From NCBI GenBank assembly GCA_031273455.1, contig JAISRZ010000065.1, forward strand, positions 46,907 to 110,906: a stretch of 64,000 nt of DNA, written 5' to 3'. A program made the position numbers and the translations under genes. This DNA comes from Deltaproteobacteria bacterium. Lineage in GTDB: Bacteria; Desulfobacterota; Desulfarculia; Adiutricales; Adiutricaceae. Positions within the stretch are counted from its first letter, which is position 1, and each line of letters starts with the position of its first letter. Positions 57,363-64,000 of the stretch are shown piece by piece. Below the pieces are notes generated by a model that made no database searches, was not told the origin of the DNA, and worked only from the letters and a program-made list of their open reading frames with translations.

Positions 57363-57932
57363 ATGGGGAAAACCATTGGCGTTCTAGCTTTGCAAGGCGA
57401 TTATTTTAAACACGCGGTCGCGGCCCAGAAAGTCGGGGCCCAAACGGTGGAGGTCCGCGAAAAGGCTGACTTGGGTAAGGTGGATGGCCTCATTATCCCC
57501 GGCGGGGAAAGCGGGGTCATGAGTAAGCTTTTGGTCCGCGATGGGTTACTGGAGCCCCTTAAAAAGTTCGCGGCCACGGGAAAACCCATTTTTGGCACCT
57601 GCGCCGGGGCCATCCTTTTATCCGCCGATATCGAGCGGTACGAGCAAACCTCCTTGGGGCTTTTAGACATCCAGGTTAAAAGAAACGGTTATGGCCGCCA
57701 GATCGAAAGCTTTGAGACCACCCTAACCGTCCCCGTTTTAGGGGATAATCCCGTGTGGGCCGTGTTTATCCGGGCCCCTGTGATCACTCGGGTGGGGGAA
57801 GGGGTGGAAGTCATGGCCACCCATAAGGGCGTTCCGGTCTTGGTGCGCCAGGGGTCGGTCATGGCCGCGACCTTCCACCCGGAGCTAACCGAGGATAGCC
57901 GGGTTCACGAGTATTTTTTAGCCCAAGTTTAA
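57363..57932 (+). CDS. pdxT: Pyridoxal 5'-phosphate synthase glutaminase subunit
   Basis: IGVLALQGD, GLIIPGGES, FGTCAGAILL (catalytic Cys), FHPELT. Confidence 0.95.
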   Translation: MGKTIGVLALQGDYFKHAVAAQKVGAQTVEVREKADLGKVDGLIIPGGESGVMSKLLVRDGLLEPLKKFAATGKPIFGTCAGAILLSADIERYEQTSLGLLDIQVKRNGYGRQIESFETTLTVPVLGDNPVWAVFIRAPVITRVGEGVEVMATHKGVPVLVRQGSVMAATFHPELTEDSRVHEYFLAQV

Positions 57933-58026
57933 GCGGCTAGGTCGAGCTCCAGAAAGGCGTTACGCTTAAGGTGAGTTGAATATCGCCTATATTTTTTTTA
58001 ATTTTGATAACCCGCGTAAATCTTAT

Positions 58027-58067
58027 AGCCATTCGCTCGTCTTCTTAAGACGCGAATGGCTTTTTTT
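58027..58067 (+). terminator. Intrinsic terminator after pdxT
   Basis: agccattcgc(t)cgtctt-ct-taagacgcgaatggct followed by T7. Confidence 0.6.
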
Positions 58068-58733
58068 AGCGGGCCAAAGCTTAAGCGATCTAAAATAACT
58101 TGGCCAGAAATAAAAAAAGCCATTGGCGTTTTTACGGTTAAGGGCCTTGGTTTTTAGGTCCAGGGCGAGATAAGATCTTACCGGTGAAGCGCTTATTTTT
58201 AGTCAATATTGGTCTCTATAAGTTGTTTTATAGATATTAAAATTAATTTAAACGAATTTTTCCATGTTGTATTACTTTAGTAAATTAAAGTTAGCGTCTT
58301 TTAAACTGATCGGGCCAGCGTAGTTGGCCTTTTTACGCCGCTAAAATAGTAATAATTTTACCATAAAAGCTATATGAATTTATATTTCATGTTTAAAGAG
58401 AATAAAAGATAAGTAAAGATTTTTTGAGCGCTTTTTCCCGAAAAAAATGGGCCCACCTTGGCCCCTAGCCCCGAAAAACCCGGTCAAGTCCTTTAAATTA
58501 ACCACCTTTAAGCTTCCTCCAAGGCCCGAAAAGCCAAAAATAATCAATAAGATTTAACTTGACAAGGCCCTATTTTTAATAGATAGTATCGTATCCACAA
58601 AATTTTTTTGGTTTTGGGCCAGGGGAGACCTAAGGCGGATTTCGCGCGCCGCTAGGATTATTTTGGCCATGCCCTATTTTTCTATCCAGGCCTGGCCTTT
58701 TTCCCCTAAAAGCCCTGGAGTGAGAGGAGTATT

Positions 58734-59285
58734 ATGGAACAGAAATACGCCAATCCCACCCCATTGGGACTAATTAGTTTTGGCTTAACCACCGCTTTAC
58801 TTAGTTTTAGTAACGCCGGATTCTTCCCGAGCGAAGCGGCCATCTTGGCCATGGCTTTCTTCCTAGGCGGCATAGCTCAGACCTTCGCCGGCATTATGGA
58901 GTTCTTTAGAGGCAACACCTTTGGTTGCGCGGCCTTTACGGCCTTTGGGGCTTTCTGGTTGTCCTTGTTCGGCATTACGCTCTTCCCGGTTTTGGGGTGG
59001 GCCAAGACCGAGAACATGAACTTACTGGGCGCCTGGATCGGCCTTTGGGGCTTGTACGCCTTCTTACTGACCCTGGCCATCTTCAAAGGCGGGCGGGTTC
59101 TGTCCTTCGTGTTTGTCACCTTGGTTATCGTCTTCTGGGCCCTTTCGGCTTTCTACTTCACCGGCTCCACGGCCATCTTAACCTTCGCCGGTTATTTAGG
59201 CGTCGTTTGTGGTTTATCCGCTTTCTATCTCGGCGTGGCCATTGTTTTGGACGAAACCGCGGGCAAGAAAATTCTACCGTATTAA
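58734..59285 (+). CDS. satP: GPR1/FUN34/YaaH-family acetate/succinate channel
   Basis: NPTPLGLISFGLTTALLS signature and six TM segments. Confidence 0.85.
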   Translation: MEQKYANPTPLGLISFGLTTALLSFSNAGFFPSEAAILAMAFFLGGIAQTFAGIMEFFRGNTFGCAAFTAFGAFWLSLFGITLFPVLGWAKTENMNLLGAWIGLWGLYAFLLTLAIFKGGRVLSFVFVTLVIVFWALSAFYFTGSTAILTFAGYLGVVCGLSAFYLGVAIVLDETAGKKILPY

Positions 59286-59333
59286 GCTTAACGCGGTCAT
59301 TGCGACTAAGGTCTAAGACCAAAAATCAGGCGA

Positions 59334-59383
59334 CCGACTGGAACCCCCAAAAATAAGGGGTTCCAGTCGGTTGTTTATTTTTT
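59334..59383. terminator. Bidirectional terminator between satP and kdsB
   Basis: 14-bp stem ccgactggaacccc / ggggttccagtcgg, then ttgtttatttttt. Confidence 0.75.
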
Positions 59384-59394
59384 AGGGCTAGTTT

Positions 59395-60132
59395 TTAGGC
59401 GAGGGATTCTAAAATGACTTTTTCCGCGATGGCTAGATCCTCCGGGGTGTCCACTTCCGGCGAGACCCCCTGGCCCACGACCACCTGGATGGCTAAACCG
59501 CGCTCTAAGATCCTGAGTTGCTCCAGGTTTTCGGCCAGCTCCAAAGGGCTGGGCGGCCACTTAACGTACTCGGTCAGAAAGCTAACCCGATAAGCGTAAA
59601 GACCAATATGCTTGTGGTGGATCCCGAGGGTATCCCGGTAAAAAGGAATGGGGGAGCGGGAAAAATAGAGGGCTCGGCCCTTTAGATCAAAAACGACTTT
59701 AACGTGATTGGGGTTAGCCACTTCCATAGGGTCGGTTAAGGGTACGGCTAAGGTGGCCACTGGGGCTAAGTTGTCTTCTAACGCTTGGGCCAATAACCCG
59801 GGGCTAAGGGGGTCTAAGCAGGGTTGATCGCCTTGGACGTTAATGACAATGTCTTTCGGGTCCAGCTTTAGAAGAGTCGCGGCCTCGGCTAAGCGGTCGC
59901 TACCGCTCCGTAAGTTATTGGAGGTTAAAAGAGCCTCGCCCCCAAAGGCGGTCACGGTTTTAAGGATCCGGTTATCGTCCGTGGCCACGTAGACCCCCGA
60001 AACTCGCGGAATTTTCCGGGCTTGGCCCCAAACCCACTCAATCATGGGTTTACCCGCTAGTTTCGCTAGAGGTTTTCCGGGAAAGCGGCTCGACTCCCAC
60101 CTGGCCGGGATAATGGCCACGGTTTTGGACAT
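59395..60132 (-). CDS. kdsB: 3-deoxy-manno-octulosonate cytidylyltransferase (CMP-Kdo synthetase)
   Basis: AIIPARWESSRFPGKPLAKLAGKPMIEWV...NVQGDQP. Confidence 0.92.
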   Translation of the reverse strand: MSKTVAIIPARWESSRFPGKPLAKLAGKPMIEWVWGQARKIPRVSGVYVATDDNRILKTVTAFGGEALLTSNNLRSGSDRLAEAATLLKLDPKDIVINVQGDQPCLDPLSPGLLAQALEDNLAPVATLAVPLTDPMEVANPNHVKVVFDLKGRALYFSRSPIPFYRDTLGIHHKHIGLYAYRVSFLTEYVKWPPSPLELAENLEQLRILERGLAIQVVVGQGVSPEVDTPEDLAIAEKVILESLA

Positions 60133-60167
60133 AGGGCTCCTAACTTATTTTCTAAAAGGTCTAAGGA

Positions 60168-60851
60168 TTAGTCCTTGTACCGCCAAATGGGGGACCAACC
60201 GGCTAAAACGCCTTGGCCTAAGCTAACCATGATCTCAGCTTCCGGGGGCAAGTACAGATCGACTCGAGAGCCAAAACGGATCATCCCAAAGCGCTGGCTT
60301 CTGGCTAACCACTGCCCAGGTTTAACCCAAGAGACAATCCTTCTAGCGATGAGCCCAGCGATCTGAACCATCACCACCTGGCGGTTTTTGTCATCGACTA
60401 AAACCAAGATGTTGCGTTCATTTAACTCGGAGGCCTTGTCAAAGCTGGCGTTAAAAAACCGACCGGTGTAGTATTTCTGGTCATCGATTTTAGCGTCAAT
60501 GGGGGCTCGGTTAACATGGACGTTAAAGACGCTCATGAAGATGCTCACCTTGGTGGCCTTGGCTTGGGTTAAGGGGCTAATGGCCCCCTCCTCAATACGG
60601 ATGATTTCGCCATCGGCCGGGGAGACGCCATAGCCTGGAGGCGGCGGGTCGCGCTGGGGATCCCGGAAAAAATAGACGGTGAAGACAAAGAGAATAAGAA
60701 AGATGACTTCTAGGCAGTTCCAATCAGCCAACCAGGAAATCAAAAAGGCCAGAAAGAAGCCCAAGATAAAGGGCAACCCTGGCCGGGCCACAAAAAGAGT
60801 GTTGTTGATGTTGTAGCCCGGTATTTTGTCCTTAAAAAACTTGTTGAACAT
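60168..60851 (-). CDS. psd: Phosphatidylserine decarboxylase family protein (short type)
   Basis: N-terminal TM segments. SPADGEI, SIFMSVFNVHVNRAP, and RFGSRVDLYLP with the G-S self-cleavage site. Confidence 0.85.
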   Translation of the reverse strand: MFNKFFKDKIPGYNINNTLFVARPGLPFILGFFLAFLISWLADWNCLEVIFLILFVFTVYFFRDPQRDPPPPGYGVSPADGEIIRIEEGAISPLTQAKATKVSIFMSVFNVHVNRAPIDAKIDDQKYYTGRFFNASFDKASELNERNILVLVDDKNRQVVMVQIAGLIARRIVSWVKPGQWLARSQRFGMIRFGSRVDLYLPPEAEIMVSLGQGVLAGWSPIWRYKD

Positions 60852-62013
60852 ATTTTCCCCACCTTGAATGATAAAAGGCGCGTTTTTAAATGAAGGTAAG
60901 CGTTAAGAAATCTAAACTAAGCTTAACCACACAGGATTAAAGCCTTTAAGCCAGAAATGGGTTAGCCCGCGCCCGAGAACCATAATGGGGCTAGGTCCTT
61001 AAACCCGAAAAATGTCGCGCGTAATAATGTGAAAGACCTTAAAAGCGTTGATTAGTGGGTAGTTAAGAGCTTAATACTATTTAAAAATCTTATTAATAAT
61101 TAATATAATCTATTGACTTAAATTTAAAAACTATCAATTGCAAAACATATGTTTTAGGCGACTTATGCAGTTTTAAAATAGCGTGATTTACAAATTTACG
61201 ATGGTTAATAAAGTTTTGTAAAGTTAATATTTGACAAAACCCTATGGTCCGCTAGAGATATTTTTAACCCAAGATCCGGTCGGAGGTCAAGAAAAAAATA
61301 TTTAACCCCCTGATTTTACTGAAAAAATTTTTTAAAGCTAAAATTATATAGGTAAATTAAATTCTATGGATTTTGGAGCTTCCTCGGTTACTATTTTCGT
61401 CAACTTTACCTAATTTTAACGGGACCGGGAAGGTAAGTCAAATTTCATCGCCCCTAATTTTTCCCAATAGTTTTTTCCCAAAGTTTTGGCCCCTAATTTT
61501 TTAAAAAGGCTGGCGAAGGGTTAGGGTCTTAAGGCCTCTGGCCCCGGCCTAATAAACCCTAAAAGGGCTCTGTTAGAGGCACGAAAGATTCAATAGATAT
61601 CAAAATTTTATTTGATAAGTCTATAAAAAGCTTTAATATTCTCTAAGTCAGGAAAAATTAAGCTCATCCAGCCCAGCGGCCAGGGTCGCGAGGGGCGCCG
61701 CTTGGGGCCTTGTCTTAACCAGCCTCAAGTTTTGGGTAAATATCGCCTTAACCCTTCCAGATTCTTAGGTTTTGTCCACTTTAGGGCCAATAGGGCTAAG
61801 AGGCGTTTGGCCCGTTCGGGAACGGTTCCTCTGGCCCATTTTAGGAATAATTAAAGCCATTTATTGGTTGACGTTCCTGAAAACTTTTGGTATTTTTGAT
61901 CGTCAAGTCGATACATATATCCTTTTTTATTTTTCATTATATTTTGTAAAAAATAGACAGATGGAATTGAGTCTTGTTTTAAAGTCCAATAATTATTTTA
62001 TAATTAAATTAAC

Positions 62014-63708
62014 ATGAGCCGGTTTTTTCTCCTTTTAATAATTTCCTTGGCCCTTTCGTTGGCCGGGCCGCTTAGTTTGGCCCGGGCGACCTCGTTCGCC
62101 CTGGTTCCCGATGTGGACTCCCTGGCTGGGCCAGGCGCGGCCAAGGCTGGCTCCGGTCAAGATCTAAGGGCCTTCCAGTTTAACGATGTCTGGGGTTATA
62201 TCGATCTTAAGGCCAACATCGTTATCCCCCCGACCTTCGCCAAGGCCGCCAACTTTATAAACGCTGGGGTGGCTTTGGTGGCCAACCCCGAGGGGAAAAC
62301 TGGCCTCATTGACGCCGCTGGGGCCTTTGTGGTCCAACCGGGCTTGGAATGGGGGTCGCCTGAGGAGACCTTGGATAAAACTTGCGTGGTTATCGGGCGA
62401 GTGGGGGCTTACACCGGCTCTTTGGATTGCGCGGGCCACTGGCTCTTAAAGCCCCGGCTCATTAGCGCCCAATCCTATAGCCTGGATCTCTATTCGGGTA
62501 AATACCAGGATAAATTCGGTCTTTTGTCGCTTAATGACGGGTGGCTGTTAAAGCCCGAGTACGATTTCATCACCCAAGTTGGTTTTTACGATGACCCCAG
62601 TCAAGCTCTTCTAGCCTTTAGTCAAGGCTCCAAGATGGGTCTAGTGGATTTAAAGGGCGAAGTTCTCTTCCAACCCCGTTTTGAGAGTATCGCCCAACTG
62701 GGGAAAAACCAAGATTTTTATAAGGTCAAAGTCGGGGAGAACCAAGGGGTCATTGATCTTGAGGGCCAATGGGTGGTCCCTTTAACCTCGGACGAGATCA
62801 CCTTCAAAGAAAGCTTAAAAGAGATCTGGGTCAAAGGCCCCGAGGCTGAGAAGACCTTCGCTTACTCTTTGCCAAAAGGGGAAAAACGCGTCTTAACTTT
62901 GAAAGAGCTTTGGGCCAGCGTGGGGGAAAGCCAGTTTAAGCTAGCCCCGTGCGTTGTCTTAAAAACCGTGGCTAACCCGAACAATTGCGATCCCTGCGGT
63001 CGGGTTTTACCGCCCAAGTTTAAAAAAGGCGATAAAGGGTATTGCGATCACACTGGGGCCATTAAGTTCGCGGGTTATGAGGAGACCGGCGCCTACGCCG
63101 GGGTCACGGGTCGAGCTAAAGTTAAAAAAGGCGGTAAATTTGGTTTTGTGGACCCCAAAGGCCAGTTGGTTATCCCTTACCAGTATGAGATGGCCAATGA
63201 TTTTACGGCTTTAGGTTTGGCCTTAGTTAAAATTAAAGGGTTTTGGGGCGTTATTAACGAAAAAGGGCGTTATGTTATCCAGCCCACCTACGATGGCGTC
63301 TCCATCAACAATAACGCTAAGTTAATAGTCGTCTGGAAAAAGGACAACTACGGCGTGTTCCGCTTAAATGGCGGTAAAGCCTTTGATCTCATCTTTGAGG
63401 ATTATCGCTACGCGGACCCGCGACCGGGCCTCTGGATCAAATATAAGGGTTTATGGGGTTGGCTAGACCAACGCGCCCAATGGGTCCTTAAACCAAAGTA
63501 TAATAATATTGACTATTTTGATGATAGTGGGATAATGTCCGTTTTGTATAAAAATAAATTCGCCTTAATAAACGATAAATTTGAGTTTATAGCGTATAAT
63601 GATGTGGTGGACGGCCAAAATGTGGTCAAAGACCAGGCGGAGCGGGTCATCTGGACCGCTAGCCCAGCTAGCCCAGAGAAAAGCCCTCCGCCAGCCCCGG
63701 TCAGTTAG
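62014..63708 (+). CDS. Secreted WG-repeat (KWG-type) protein
   Basis: Signal peptide. At least 8 repeats of the (W/F)G(Y/F/L)(I/V)D..G..V(I/L)(P/Q)P.(Y/F) type, e.g. WGYIDLKANIVIPPTF, FGFVDPKGQLVIPYQY, WGVINEKGRYVIQPTY. Confidence 0.8.
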   Translation: MSRFFLLLIISLALSLAGPLSLARATSFALVPDVDSLAGPGAAKAGSGQDLRAFQFNDVWGYIDLKANIVIPPTFAKAANFINAGVALVANPEGKTGLIDAAGAFVVQPGLEWGSPEETLDKTCVVIGRVGAYTGSLDCAGHWLLKPRLISAQSYSLDLYSGKYQDKFGLLSLNDGWLLKPEYDFITQVGFYDDPSQALLAFSQGSKMGLVDLKGEVLFQPRFESIAQLGKNQDFYKVKVGENQGVIDLEGQWVVPLTSDEITFKESLKEIWVKGPEAEKTFAYSLPKGEKRVLTLKELWASVGESQFKLAPCVVLKTVANPNNCDPCGRVLPPKFKKGDKGYCDHTGAIKFAGYEETGAYAGVTGRAKVKKGGKFGFVDPKGQLVIPYQYEMANDFTALGLALVKIKGFWGVINEKGRYVIQPTYDGVSINNNAKLIVVWKKDNYGVFRLNGGKAFDLIFEDYRYADPRPGLWIKYKGLWGWLDQRAQWVLKPKYNNIDYFDDSGIMSVLYKNKFALINDKFEFIAYNDVVDGQNVVKDQAERVIWTASPASPEKSPPPAPVS

Positions 63709-63723
63709 GAGCCCCTTGGTTTA

Positions 63724-64000
63724 ATGTCCCATCAGTTAATCCATAGCGCTAGTTTAAGTCAGAGCCAGCTTCTGGAGGTTAATGGTTTAGAGTTAATCGC
63801 TAATTACGGGCTAATTAATTCTTTAATTGAAAAAGATAACCCAACTCCAGTCCGCTTAGCCGAGCCGGTTAAAAACCAGGCCGATGACCGGGTCAACTGG
63901 TTTTCCAATCTTGAGGGCCCGGTCACTCCTTTGGACAGCTTAACGCCCGAGGCCCAAAGGAATATAGACCATTTTAATTTTTTTATACAAAACGCATCGA
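63724..64000 (+). CDS. Hypothetical protein, partial (continues past the right edge)
   Basis: Open frame of 92 codons from the ATG at 63724 to the window end. LAEPVKNQADDRVNWFSNLEGPVTPLDSLTPEAQ loosely recalls the N-terminus of SrfA-type virulence-associated proteins. That resemblance is from memory only. Confidence 0.35.
   Translation, partial: MSHQLIHSASLSQSQLLEVNGLELIANYGLINSLIEKDNPTPVRLAEPVKNQADDRVNWFSNLEGPVTPLDSLTPEAQRNIDHFNFFIQNAS

Noticed and set aside
35608-61953. Recurring TTGTAAA/TTTACAAA motif in AT-rich upstream regions (35608-35630, 39868-39882, 41848-41874, 61186-61225, 61940-61953)
   Set aside because: A rough expectation for a 7-mer of this composition in several kb of AT-rich DNA on both strands is a few hits. 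The recurrence is therefore not clearly above chance without genome-wide motif statistics.

Overview
This is a 64-kb chromosomal window from a diderm bacterium that makes LPS, flagella and type IV pili. GC content is moderate, but there are visibly AT-rich, gene-poor patches and many pseudogene fragments, so coding density looks low for a bacterium. The taxon cannot be assigned from sequence alone.

Left end: tRNA-Gly(GCC) carries two stacked integrative elements. The tRNA-proximal one is decayed: an integrase remnant, an AT-rich pentapeptide-repeat gene and debris. The distal one is intact, with a P4-type integrase, an AlpA-like HTH protein, a hypothetical protein and a Prim-Pol gene, and it runs off the window edge.

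Backbone genes: LPS genes (O-antigen-ligase-like, GT2, two GT9 heptosyltransferases, lpxK, waaA, kdsB), an oversized cheZ-like gene, an LpoA-like lipoprotein, eno, a fliJ/MotE-like pair, pilMNOPQ, tRNA-Val(GAC), a flavodoxin/AraC/AKR/DUF4405 redox module, topA, vsr, thrS-infC, ABC transporter genes, pdxST, satP, psd and a WG-repeat protein.

Most unusual observations:
1. A TPR plus beta-barrel gene (Slam/DUF560-like, type 11 secretion architecture) is followed by a secreted FecR-domain protein whose C-terminus carries two TbpB-like barrel-type modules.
2. topA ends in 12 tandem C4 zinc ribbons, and two of the repeats are almost identical at DNA level.
3. An AT-rich graveyard holds a decayed LHH/AHH-type HNH toxin, a poly-A-frameshifted YwqG/DUF1963-like gene and an IS630 transposase remnant.
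4. vsr has no dcm partner in this window.

I saw no rRNA genes and no CRISPR array.
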